Part shown: positions 18,217-27,084 of the stretch, piece by piece
Numbering within the stretch: position 1 is the stretch's first letter
How the letters are laid out: each line of letters begins with the position of its first letter
Assembly (NCBI GenBank): GCA_964385885.1
Contig: CAYLRT010000010.1
Location: forward strand, 1-43,251
Reading direction: 5' to 3'
DNA from: an uncultured Anaerolineales bacterium
Lineage (GTDB): Bacteria > Chloroflexota > Anaerolineae > B4-G1 > SLSP01
DNA: 43,251 nt
Notes under the pieces: model-generated
Seen by the model: the letters and a program-made list of their open reading frames with translations, nothing else
What the model was told of the DNA's origin: nothing
Database searches by the model: none
Translations under genes and position numbers: made by a program

Positions 18217-18990
18217 CTAGTCAGGTTCCTCCGATCCATGTGGCGATGACGGAGGTCGATACCCCATGATACGATACTTCAGAAGCGTACCCAGTACGGT
18301 GAAACCATCGCGCCAGGAGATCTTCTTGCCCTCCTCGAACTCACGCCCGCTGTAGGAGATCGGGACCTCATAGATCCGGTACCCACACAAGAGGATCTGA
18401 GCGGTGATCTCTGGGTCGAACCCCCAACCACGCGCGCGTAATCGCAGCTTTTCAGCGACCTCCCGTGTGAACATCTTGTAACATGTCTCCATATCGGTCA
18501 GGATAGTGTTATACAGGACGTTAGTCGCGAAGGTCAACATGCGGTTCCCTACCATATGCCAGAAAAACATAGCCTTCGTAGGCCCACCACGGAAGCGCGA
18601 ACCATAGACCACCTGCGAGCGCCCCTCCAGAATAGGCTGGAGCAACCGGGGATAATCGCGGGGATCATACTCTAGATCGGCATCCTGAATGATGCAGATA
18701 TCGCCTGTCGTGGCCTGAAGGCCAGTGCGAACCGCGCCGCCCTTCCCTTGATTCTCCTCATGGAATATCACGTTGACATCCGGCTCACCGCGCAACGTAG
18801 CCAAATACTCTCGCGTGCCATCCGTGGATCCATCATCGACCACTACGATCTCACGATCCAAGCAGACCAATGCCTCATTCGCTTGATCCACCCATACACG
18901 CACCTCAAGGGGCACAGCACGTACACGGGCGATGATCTCCTCGATCGTGTGAATCTCATTGTAAGCCGGGATAATCACTGAAAGCCTCAT
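18217..18990 (-). CDS. GT2 glycosyltransferase, polyprenol-phosphate (Dpm1/Ppm1-like) type
   Basis: Contains MRLSVIIPAYNE...VVVDDGSTDGT...QGKGGAVRTG...IQDADLEYDP. ATG 18990 lies behind GGAGG and forms an ATGA overlap with the upstream gene's stop codon. Confidence 0.87.
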   Translation of the reverse strand: MRLSVIIPAYNEIHTIEEIIARVRAVPLEVRVWVDQANEALVCLDREIVVVDDGSTDGTREYLATLRGEPDVNVIFHEENQGKGGAVRTGLQATTGDICIIQDADLEYDPRDYPRLLQPILEGRSQVVYGSRFRGGPTKAMFFWHMVGNRMLTFATNVLYNTILTDMETCYKMFTREVAEKLRLRARGWGFDPEITAQILLCGYRIYEVPISYSGREFEEGKKISWRDGFTVLGTLLKYRIMGYRPPSSPHGSEEPD

Positions 18991-19613
18991 GAATACCTCC
19001 GCACGCGGGTTGGAGAGCCGGATCGCCGACGACCTCGTGGCCACACATCATCCAGGAGCACCCGAAGTTCCGTTGCAGTCAGATCCCGCCACTCGCCGGG
19101 CGCCAAGTCCCGTGGCAATGTCAGACGCCCAATAGCTACACGGACCAGTCGCACAGTAGGATGCCCCACTGCGCCAGTCATCCGTCGAACCTGCCGCTTC
19201 CGGCCCTCACGCAACACGATCCTCAGCCACGTCGTTTTGGCAGGGGAAGGAAGTTGACGAGGAAAAGGAGGCAGATGCGGTTCACCCATCAACACCTCGA
19301 CATCAGCCGGTCGCGTTCTGCGGCCCTTAATCTCGACACCGGCACGCAGTTGCGCCAACGCCTCCGCGGAGGGCCGACCAAGAACCAGGACGAGATAGGT
19401 CTTTGAATGTCGAAAATAGGGATGAGTGAGACGATGAAGGGTCTGCCCATCATCCGTAAGGAGCAAGAGTCCCTCACTGTCAAGGTCCAGACGCCCTGCC
19501 GGATTGAGGGTCACTGGGATTCCCAAGGTGGTCAGAGTCCCACGCCCCAACGGATCTCGATGATGGATGCTGAGCACGCCGTAGGGCTTGTAGGCTATCA
19601 CATAACGATACAC
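18987..19613 (-). CDS. rRNA pseudouridine synthase (RsuA/RluE-like, no S4 domain)
   Basis: Contains YKPYGVLS, the catalytic GRLDLDSEGLLLLTDDG, and LREGRKRQVRRM. The start is GTG. Confidence 0.87.
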   Translation of the reverse strand: MYRYVIAYKPYGVLSIHHRDPLGRGTLTTLGIPVTLNPAGRLDLDSEGLLLLTDDGQTLHRLTHPYFRHSKTYLVLVLGRPSAEALAQLRAGVEIKGRRTRPADVEVLMGEPHLPPFPRQLPSPAKTTWLRIVLREGRKRQVRRMTGAVGHPTVRLVRVAIGRLTLPRDLAPGEWRDLTATELRVLLDDVWPRGRRRSGSPTRVRRYS

Positions 19614-19637
19614 TGCCCACGCTCCCCGCGTCCCCTC

Positions 19638-20444
19638 TCACTTCCAGGCATCGCTCTCCGCCCGCCAACGGTCCCAAGGCCAGGACTCCAGGGCCCCCAG
19701 TAAACCATAGGCTGTGAAATCCATCTGCACAGGTGTGACCGAGATAAAGCCCTGCGTCAGAGCAGCGAAGTCTGTGCCCTCCGCCAGGATCCCAGTAGGT
19801 GGATCGCCCCCGATCCAGTAGTACGGCCGGCCTGATGGGTCTTTGCGAGTGACCAACACATCCCGGTAGACCCGAATGCCCATACGGGTCACCTTGACAC
19901 CCTGGATGTCAGTTGAGGCCCGTGCTGGGACGTTGACATTGAGCAGGACCCCGGGGGGAAGCCCGTGGTCGAGCACGAGATGGGCAAGGTAAGCGGCAAA
20001 TGCAGCAGCGACATCATAATCCTCGGAAGCGGAGGCACGGACATCAAGCGACACCGCAAACGCGGGCACCCCACCAATGACTCCTTCCATGGCAGCCGTC
20101 ACGGTGCCAGAGTAAGTGAGATCATGACCCACATTGGCCCCGCGATTGATCCCCGCAACGACCAGATGGACGGGCTGCGGTACCAGGCCCATCAGGCCGA
20201 GTGCCACAGCGTCAGAGGGAGCGCCGTCAGTCATCAGAGCAGGCAATCCGTTCGCTAGACAGGTCTCATCAACCCGCAGCGGACGATGCAAGGTCTTGAC
20301 ATGGCCCGAAGCACTCCGATTGCGGTCCGGCGCGATCACCGAAACCCTACCGACTGCCTTCAAGGCCTCGGCAAGGGCAGCCAACCCTGGAGCAAGGACC
20401 CCGTCATCGTTCGTCACCAAGATATGTGGATAATCTGTGTTCAC
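19638..20444 (-). CDS. surE: 5'/3'-nucleotidase SurE
   Basis: ILVTNDDG plus the downstream SurE pattern. The track start is TTG 20450. GTG 20444 has GGGGAG at ideal spacing. Confidence 0.92.
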   Translation of the reverse strand: MNTDYPHILVTNDDGVLAPGLAALAEALKAVGRVSVIAPDRNRSASGHVKTLHRPLRVDETCLANGLPALMTDGAPSDAVALGLMGLVPQPVHLVVAGINRGANVGHDLTYSGTVTAAMEGVIGGVPAFAVSLDVRASASEDYDVAAAFAAYLAHLVLDHGLPPGVLLNVNVPARASTDIQGVKVTRMGIRVYRDVLVTRKDPSGRPYYWIGGDPPTGILAEGTDFAALTQGFISVTPVQMDFTAYGLLGALESWPWDRWRAESDAWK

Positions 20445-20592
20445 CGACAACTCCCCACGTACAGGTCAGTGGGCGCATTATACCTGGCAGGTCTGGTCGC
20501 ACAATCCCCGTTATCCAACACCCGGTTCACCTGAACCCCCAACCAGCAAAGGCAGGTCCTCAGCGCCAGGGTCTCCCCTGAACCCGACATAA

Positions 20593-20621
20593 TTGCCGCC
20601 GAAACAGGATGCCAATATAAT
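20593..20621 (+). promoter_or_regulatory. Promoter candidate TTGCCG-N17-TATAAT for spoVS
   Basis: The hexamers are at 20593-20598 and 20616-20621, about 40 nt upstream of the AAGGAGG-ATG. Confidence 0.4.
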
Positions 20622-20664
20622 AAATACAGATACCGTTTCGCAGGGCCCCCCAAGGAGGTCATCC

Positions 20665-20946
20665 ATGGATCTGGTCAAGGTGGCAGCGAATTCACGGTCC
20701 ACATCAGTAGCCGGCGCCATAGCTGGCATTGTTCGGGAAAAGGGACAGGTCGATGTGCAAGCGATCGGCGCTGGTGCAGTCAATCAGGCCATTAAGGCCA
20801 TCGCCATCGCACGTAGCTACCTGGAACTGGACAATATCCACATTGTGTGTGTCCCTTCTTTCTCCGAAGTCATCATCGATGGGAAGGAACGCACCGCAAT
20901 CCGTCTATCCGTAGAATCTGGATTTGTCCCTGCCCAACCCAAGTGA
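20665..20946 (+). CDS. spoVS: Stage V sporulation protein S family protein
   Basis: Contains MDLVKVAANSRSTSVAGAIAGIVREKGQVDVQAIGAGAVNQAIKAIAIARSYL. AAGGAGG lies upstream of ATG 20665. Confidence 0.9.
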   Translation: MDLVKVAANSRSTSVAGAIAGIVREKGQVDVQAIGAGAVNQAIKAIAIARSYLELDNIHIVCVPSFSEVIIDGKERTAIRLSVESGFVPAQPK

Positions 20947-20983
20947 AAGCGTAGAGCATACCCCGCCGTGGGTGCAGTGTGGT

Positions 20984-21994
20984 TTAACCTGGTATCTGCG
21001 GGACGTTTACCTGCGGCAAGTCCAGCATGAGGGATTCAAGGAGGAGTTGAAGATTGGCGTTGGCGCGGACCGCATCTCGGGCCGCCACCAGCGCTTCGAG
21101 CAACGCAGCGACCTCCGTCACCAGAACACTATCAGCGACATATTGGGCAAACCCTGGCCTCGTCAGGTCCGTCACGACCTGTTCCTGCCCGGTCTGCAGG
21201 CTCAGCACATCCCGCCAGAAAAGCAGCCAGTACTCCAACATCTCCAGGAACGCCTCTGGAGCACGGGCTAACTGAGCCGCCAGCGCAAACCTCTCCGGCA
21301 ACTCCATGGCAAGCGCGTCGGCCAACGAACCCAACGCAGATTCCAGTTGCTCCGAGATCGATGGATCCTGAGATGCAACCACAGCCCACCCGATCCGTCC
21401 GCCGGAGATCTGCGCCAGCCGCCAGGCTGTCCCCTGATCCACATGCCACACTCTCTCAAGCGCCTCCGCAATCCTCGCCGGAGCCAGAGGACGAAGGGTG
21501 ATCTGTTGAGTGCGGGAGGTAATCGTTGGTAGAAGCCTTTCAGCATCCTCCGCCAACAGGATCAAGTGAGCATAACGCGGAGGTTCTTCCAGAGTCTTCA
21601 ACAGCGCATTGGCTGCACTCACATTTGCCCGATCGAATTCCCCGATAATCGCCACTTTGTGGGTGCCCTCTAGAGGGGTCAAGGCGAGGAAACGCTCCAC
21701 CCCACGTATCTGATCGATCTTCAGTTGCGCCTTGGCTCCTTCAGGTTCCACCCACAGCACGTCGGGATGGTTGCCCGAGAGAATCCTGCGACACGAACGA
21801 CAGACACCGCATGGTGCTTCAGCAGGCGTCTCACAGAGGAGGGCAGCAGCCAGCCAACGCGCGAGCGTGTGCTTACCGACACTCTCTGGACCGGTCAAGA
21901 GCAACGCCTGGGGAACACGCTGACCATCCAGCGCCTGTTGAAGTTGCTCGACAGCCCACTCGTGCCCAACCACTGTAAAGGGATTCAACCGCAC
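20984..21994 (-). CDS. holB: DNA polymerase III delta' subunit
   Basis: Contains ALLLTGPESVGKHTLA, the zinc module CGVCRSCRRILSGNHPD, and the clamp-loader AAA+ layout. Confidence 0.9.
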   Translation of the reverse strand: MRLNPFTVVGHEWAVEQLQQALDGQRVPQALLLTGPESVGKHTLARWLAAALLCETPAEAPCGVCRSCRRILSGNHPDVLWVEPEGAKAQLKIDQIRGVERFLALTPLEGTHKVAIIGEFDRANVSAANALLKTLEEPPRYAHLILLAEDAERLLPTITSRTQQITLRPLAPARIAEALERVWHVDQGTAWRLAQISGGRIGWAVVASQDPSISEQLESALGSLADALAMELPERFALAAQLARAPEAFLEMLEYWLLFWRDVLSLQTGQEQVVTDLTRPGFAQYVADSVLVTEVAALLEALVAARDAVRANANLQLLLESLMLDLPQVNVPQIPG

Positions 21995-22091
21995 TCACCT
22001 CTGCAGAAAAAACTAACCCGAACTACGATCGCATCTTTGACATTCTCACACAAAGAGGGCCGGCGGCAAGGTTACCACCGACCCTCTATGA

Positions 22092-22490
22092 GGTGGAGAT
22101 GGCGGGAATCGAACCCGCGTCCGAAGAATTCGACTGTGAGCATCTACGAGCGTAGTCGGCGATTTCATTTCACGTGGAGGGTCGCTGCCGACCGCGCCAC
22201 ATCCACGCTAGCCGAATCTCTCTTGAGCCAGCCTATCGGCGTCAGCCGGCTTGCACGCATGCATTATGTCGCCTGACTTCGGCACGCATGCGAGATGCCG
22301 AAGGGGCGTGATCGGATTCCCCGATCAGGTTTTTGGGTCAGTCACCTACTGCTTACGCAGCGACGGCGACCGGAGCCCAGTTGTTCGCCATAGTGTTGGC
22401 ATTTTTGGGTTTGCTTCTGGGTTTACGGAGACGAAGCCTCCCCGGCTCGCAGCCCACAATCAGCCTTCCCCGTCGATACCGATCATCCCC
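22092..22490 (-). ncRNA. ssrA: tmRNA (transfer-messenger RNA), tag peptide ANNWAPVAVAA
   Basis: The 5' end GGGGAUGAUCGGUAUCGACGGGG pairs with the 3' end CAUCUCC-ACC, giving a G3:U wobble. The T-arm is GGACGCGGGUUCGAUUCCCGCC. The resume codon GCG is at 22388-22386 and the tag ORF ends with UAA at 22355-22353. Confidence 0.88.
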
Positions 22491-22496
22491 AATAGC

Positions 22497-22525
22497 ATTA
22501 TAGCAGAAACACCAACGAAGAGCAA
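22497..22525 (-). promoter_or_regulatory. ssrA promoter candidate TTGCTC-N17-TATAAT
   Basis: TATAAT is the complement of 22497-22502 and lies 6 nt upstream of the mature tmRNA 5' G. Confidence 0.5.
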
Positions 22526-23127
22526 GCAGAATCGAAAGGCTTCTCGGGCATACCAAGTGAAGATGCTCTCCCTGGAGATCTGGGAGAAATCGAAGAAGGT
22601 AACCGATGCAACCAACAATCGCACAGAACACTCCATCGGACGGGCTTTCGAGGTTCGGGTCAGAAGCATGCGCGGGTCCAAGAAAGAATCCAATCGAATG
22701 GGCTTCCTGGCCCTGAGGCTGCTGCTGGACCAGATGCAACCGCAGAAAGGAGACATTTGTCTGGCCTGAAGAGCGCTTGAACGGGGGCCTCCCCCATTTT
22801 CTCCTTGCCTCCACCCAAAATGAAACGGTCACCTCACGCGGGGGCTCCACTTCGCTCAGGCGATGATCCGCTTCCGAGAGAATGTAACTCAGCAAGGCCG
22901 CGGCGAGCCAGCCCACTCCGCCCCCCTCGACTGCCGCTGATCCCGATCGTGTCCTCCCAGTCGGTAACATCACCTATTGGAGCAGATGACCCATCGTGAT
23001 AGGATGACAGAAGGGATCACGGAGGGAGAAGGTCTTCTCGCTTCGGAGAACAGCGTTGATTCTTGCGGGAGCCCCACCACACTGCCTGGAAGGCCAGTGG
23101 CCGGATGGACCACTGGTGACTCACAAC

Positions 23128-24801
23128 CTATTTCCTCGAACGCCAAATGGAGAAGATGAGCCATAGGCCCAACAGGCTGGCAGCAGCGAATCCGGCGATG
23201 ACCAGCGTCGTCGCCAGCCCCCACGGTTGGGCCAGGTTGAAGGCCGGGATGAGCAGGGCCAGCCCGACGATCAATGCAGCCAGCAACACGCTGATCGAGA
23301 TGCGGTTTGCCAGGCCGTCCAGTCGAGCCAGCGCCTGTTCCAGTCCTTTGGGACGGATCGCGACCTCCAGCTCTCCCTGCTCCGCGCGGGTCAGGAGCTG
23401 CGAGCCGACGCGCGGAATAAGGCCAAGCAGTTCCGCCCATTCGCCGACCCCCTTGACCATGGACGGGCCCCACGAGCGTGGAGAGGCCATTTGCCATATG
23501 AACCGCCGCACGTAGGGTTCGGAGACGGCGAATATATCGAAGTCGGGAGCCAGTCTCAGCCCCACGCCCTCCATCATCGCCAGCGTTTTGCCCAGCAGCC
23601 AGTACTCAGAGGGCAAGTGCAGGTGATGGCGGAAGGCGATGGGCATCACCTCTTCCACCACCTCCCGGGCACGGATCTCCCTCAGCGGGAGCCCGTGGTA
23701 CTTGCGCAGCAGCTGGGCGATATCACGCTGCAGCCCAGCCCGGTCCACCCGGCCGGTGGCGGTCCCCATCCGAAGCAACTGCTCCACGATGCCTTCCTCC
23801 TCCAGTCGTACAGAGACGATGTACAGGCGGATTAGGTCGGTTCGTTGGTGCTGGCTCAGATAGCCCACCATCCCAAAATCCATCGCGCCGATGACATGAC
23901 CTGGCATAATCACAAGGTTGCCTGGATGGGGGTCGCCGTGGAAGAAACCGTCCTCTAGCACTTCCTTGATGATGATGCGGGCCGCGTGAAGAGCGACCCG
24001 ATTGCGATCGTATCCCGCCGCGTCCAGCGCCTCGATATCGTCGATCTTGATCCCACGGATGCGCTCCAAGACCAGCACTCGGCGGGTCGTGTAGTTCCAA
24101 TAGACCTTGGGGATGTAGAGATGTTGCTCACCGACGAAGTTGGTTCGGAAGCGATCAGCATTCCGTCCTTCTCGGTAGAAGTCGAGTTCAGCCCGCAGCG
24201 TGCTGGCAAAGTCCTGGGCAATCTCTGGCAGATCGTAGATTTCTCCCAGCGATGTGTGGTCCTGCAGCAGCCGGGCCAGCTCGAATAGGATCTCCAAGTC
24301 GGTCTCGATGGTCGTCTGGATGTTCGGTCGCTGTACTTTGACGACGACCTCTGCGCCGTCGTGGAGGGTGGCCGTGTGCACCTGGGAGAGGGAGGCAGCA
24401 GCGATAGGGACGGTATCGAAGGCAGCGAACAGTTCCTCCGGCGGTGCTCCCAGCTCCGCCTTGATCTGTGCCCGGATCGGCTCCCACGGTTCCGGAGGAA
24501 CGGTGTCCTGTAGTTTGGCGAGTTCGGCGATGTAGGCAGGTGGAATCAAATCGGGTCGGGTGCTGAGGATCTGCCCCAACTTGATGAAGGTGGGGCCCAA
24601 CTCCTCCAGCGCCAGACGCAATCGTTGGGGTGCCCCCAAGGGAGTGCGGCGCCAGCGTCGCAGCAGCCTACGCGGTAGCGCCGAGTACGGCTGCGCTGCC
24701 AAGAGGTCCACAAGTTGCCCAAAACCGTTGCGCCCCAAGACCTCCACGATCTCACGATAGCGCCGAAGATGGCGGGCATTACGGGCCGGCGACCAGGCCA
24801 T
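23128..24801 (-). CDS. ABC1/UbiB-family atypical kinase (paralogue 2), with two C-terminal TM helices
   Basis: Contains LEELGPTFIKLGQILSTRPD, ASLSQVH, VVKVQRP and FHGDPHPGN. It is collinear with the 16324-17988 protein. GAGGTGA lies upstream. Confidence 0.9.
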   Translation of the reverse strand: MAWSPARNARHLRRYREIVEVLGRNGFGQLVDLLAAQPYSALPRRLLRRWRRTPLGAPQRLRLALEELGPTFIKLGQILSTRPDLIPPAYIAELAKLQDTVPPEPWEPIRAQIKAELGAPPEELFAAFDTVPIAAASLSQVHTATLHDGAEVVVKVQRPNIQTTIETDLEILFELARLLQDHTSLGEIYDLPEIAQDFASTLRAELDFYREGRNADRFRTNFVGEQHLYIPKVYWNYTTRRVLVLERIRGIKIDDIEALDAAGYDRNRVALHAARIIIKEVLEDGFFHGDPHPGNLVIMPGHVIGAMDFGMVGYLSQHQRTDLIRLYIVSVRLEEEGIVEQLLRMGTATGRVDRAGLQRDIAQLLRKYHGLPLREIRAREVVEEVMPIAFRHHLHLPSEYWLLGKTLAMMEGVGLRLAPDFDIFAVSEPYVRRFIWQMASPRSWGPSMVKGVGEWAELLGLIPRVGSQLLTRAEQGELEVAIRPKGLEQALARLDGLANRISISVLLAALIVGLALLIPAFNLAQPWGLATTLVIAGFAAASLLGLWLIFSIWRSRK

Positions 24802-24854
24802 AGTCTGTCACCTCGCTGCAGACATTCACGGCATGTTGAGCCGAAGTGAGGACA

Positions 24855-25469
24855 TTACAAACCGAATCCCACGCTGTAGAACAAGAGCGAGAGTAGGGCA
24901 CCGACTGCCACCTGGGCCAGCGTATGCCGGCCGCGCTCCACCTGCGCCCAGCCGACCAAGGGTAGGAGGCCCAGCAACGGCCAGGTTTCCATGCCGTAGA
25001 GAATGAGCCCCACTGCTGCCAGTGCTCCGGCGGTCGCGCCATGGAAACTGATCTGCCAGAAGGGTGTAATGGCCGTCATCAAGGCAGCCTGCACCATCTG
25101 TACCCAGGCCAGCCGACGCAACAGGAATGGGGCATGAATATGCTGGTACAACGCTGCTGTAAGACCGACAAAGCCCAGTGACACCAACAACGGTTTCAGT
25201 CTCTCTCGTCGGCAAGCGTGTTCCAGGTCGACCGCCCATCCCCATCGGCCTAGCAGGATCAGCAAGGTCATCGGGCACACATCGGCCAGCAGCAGGTACG
25301 GGCCTCCCCACAGGAAAGCTTCCCTCCAGGATGTGGTGGCGCGCCAGGCCACACTGAGCACCAACGGGATTGCGATGAGACCGGGGTTGGTAAGGTGGGA
25401 AACGCAGCGGGCGATGAGTTGCCCGTCCACCGCAGCCCGACGGATCCTTGTGGATACGTGCTCAGTCAT
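24855..25469 (-). CDS. Divergent PAP2-like integral membrane protein (lipid phosphate phosphatase superfamily)
   Basis: Multi-TM protein. SFHGATA resembles the PSGH motif, and VERGRHTLAQVAVG resembles SRxxxxxHxxxD but carries Q in place of D. The first motif (KxxxxxxRP) is not recognisable. ATG 25469 overlaps the patatin stop by 8 nt. Confidence 0.55.
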   Translation of the reverse strand: MTEHVSTRIRRAAVDGQLIARCVSHLTNPGLIAIPLVLSVAWRATTSWREAFLWGGPYLLLADVCPMTLLILLGRWGWAVDLEHACRRERLKPLLVSLGFVGLTAALYQHIHAPFLLRRLAWVQMVQAALMTAITPFWQISFHGATAGALAAVGLILYGMETWPLLGLLPLVGWAQVERGRHTLAQVAVGALLSLLFYSVGFGL

Positions 25470-26331
25470 CCTTTGCCTCCTGCAGCAGATCTCGAACGCA
25501 TGGCAACACTTCCCGCGCCGCCTGCTGCCCTGCAGCAATGATCTCAGCAGCATGATGGAATCCGGTCAGCACCGTCACGTCTTGCGGAATACGGGGGAGG
25601 ATGACAACCTCCGGGCGCGCCAGGACCATCCGATGGCGCTGGATCTCTCCCATCATCACCGCCAGCGTGCGGTATAGTACTTCAAAGGTTCCCACCAGCC
25701 CCTTGGGAAGATAGCGGTGACGTCTCAATGTCTGGATCAGTAGAGAGGCCATGCGACCGCTCGCCGTGACGTCGACAGCGATAACCAAGTCCGCTCCCAT
25801 TTGCCGTACTACGTCGGCAGGCAGGTTGTTTAGCACACCTCCGTCCACTAGCGTCTGCTCCCCTCGTTCTACCGGGGCCAGGAAACCGGGCAATGCGATG
25901 GTCGCCCGCACCGCGTCCACCACCTGGCCGTCGCGCAGGACCACCTCCCGGCCACTGTTGAGGTCCACGGCAACCAGCGCCAACGGTACGCGGAGGTCAT
26001 CAAAGGTACGCTCACCCAGGTGGCCTCTCAAGTAGTCTTTTACCTTCTCGCCCTCGAAAAGGGCTCGATGGGAAAGTGGTGGCTCGGCCAGGGCCAGGAG
26101 ATGGCGCCGGCTGCCCATACGCTGAGCTTCCTGTTCCATAAAACCAGGGCTCAGCCCGGCGGCATACAGTGCGGCAATGAGGCCACCCATGCTCGTGCCG
26201 GCCAGGCAGTGAATCGGGACGCCCTCCTGCTCCAGGACCTTCAACACGCCGATGTGCGCCAGTCCCCGGGCACCACCGCCGCTAAGCGCCAGTCCAATCC
26301 TGCGAGTCGATACCCTCAGCAGTGTATCCAT
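25462..26331 (-). CDS. Patatin-like phospholipase
   Basis: Contains the oxyanion motif GLALSGGGARG, the nucleophile elbow GTSMGG, and the catalytic Asp motif VDGGVLNNLP. Confidence 0.9.
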   Translation of the reverse strand: MDTLLRVSTRRIGLALSGGGARGLAHIGVLKVLEQEGVPIHCLAGTSMGGLIAALYAAGLSPGFMEQEAQRMGSRRHLLALAEPPLSHRALFEGEKVKDYLRGHLGERTFDDLRVPLALVAVDLNSGREVVLRDGQVVDAVRATIALPGFLAPVERGEQTLVDGGVLNNLPADVVRQMGADLVIAVDVTASGRMASLLIQTLRRHRYLPKGLVGTFEVLYRTLAVMMGEIQRHRMVLARPEVVILPRIPQDVTVLTGFHHAAEIIAAGQQAAREVLPCVRDLLQEAKDD

Positions 26332-26335
26332 TGTC

Positions 26336-27061
26336 TCACTCCGGGGTGCTTCCCTCGTCTGTGACCGCTTCGCGCCTCCTGTACTGCCGCCAGAACCGGA
26401 TGGCTTCCTGGAGATGTTCCTCGTCGAAGTCGGGCCAGCAGGTTGGCGTACTCCAGAACACCGCGCCTGCGGTCTGCCAGAGCAGGAAATTGCTCAGCCG
26501 TTGCTCTCCGCCAGTGCGTATCACCAGGTCTGGATCCGGCATCCCTGCAGTATACAGAAAACGCTCGAGGACCGTTCCGGTCACTCCTTCTGGATCGACC
26601 TCTCCCTGTTGCACTGCGCGCGCGAGGGAGCGAACAGCGTCAGTGATCTCCGATCGCCCCCCGTAGTTGATCGCCAGGTTGAGAACCATCCGCTCACCAT
26701 CCTGCGTCGCACGCATCGCTTGCTCCAACGCGTTCCGTACTTCGAGAGGCAGATCCTCACGCCGACCAATAACGTTCAACCGCACGGCGTTTCGGCGCAA
26801 CTCAGGCACCTCCCTTTCAGCGTACTCGCGGCACAGCCGCATTAGGAAGTCCACCTCGTTGCGCGGGCGTTTCCAGTTGTCAACAGAGAAGGTATAAAGG
26901 GTAAGCACGCGAACGCCCAGTTGCCTGCACATCCGAACCACGTGGCGTGCGGCCTGTACACCGGCGGCATGGCCAGCGGTGCGGGGCAGCCCCCGCGCCT
27001 GCGCCCAGCGTCCGTTGCCGTCCATGATCATAGCGACATGGTCGGGTACTTCAGAATCCAT
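26336..27061 (-). CDS. Isoprenyl transferase (cis-prenyltransferase, UppS paralogue)
   Basis: Contains HVAMIMDGNGRWA, LYTFSVDNWKRP and IRTGGEQRLSNFLLWQ. The start is ATG 27061. The 366-aa track ORF has a spurious N-terminal extension. Confidence 0.87.
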   Translation of the reverse strand: MDSEVPDHVAMIMDGNGRWAQARGLPRTAGHAAGVQAARHVVRMCRQLGVRVLTLYTFSVDNWKRPRNEVDFLMRLCREYAEREVPELRRNAVRLNVIGRREDLPLEVRNALEQAMRATQDGERMVLNLAINYGGRSEITDAVRSLARAVQQGEVDPEGVTGTVLERFLYTAGMPDPDLVIRTGGEQRLSNFLLWQTAGAVFWSTPTCWPDFDEEHLQEAIRFWRQYRRREAVTDEGSTPE

Positions 27062-27084
27062 CACGTCTCTAGTGCACCCTTTCT

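Noticed and set aside
20665-20946. SpoVS and GerW-like genes as evidence of an endospore programme
   Set aside because: These families are widespread in non-sporulating bacteria, and no other sporulation genes are present in the window.
21995-22091. Genomic island integrated at the 3' end of ssrA
   Set aside because: The tmRNA 3' end is followed directly by housekeeping genes (holB, spoVS, surE). I saw no integrase and no second copy of the tmRNA 3' terminal sequence.
22353-22973. 206-aa minus-strand ORF ending in ...MANNWAPVAVAA
   Set aside because: It reads straight through the ssrA promoter and the 5' half of tmRNA, and its stop codon is the tmRNA tag stop. The long open frame is coincidental, although the 22770-22973 portion may be a gene remnant.
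25462-26331. Patatin as the effector of a CBASS-type or other anti-phage system
   Set aside because: No cyclase/nucleotidyltransferase, sensor or other defence-type gene is adjacent. It is translationally coupled to lipid-metabolism genes instead.
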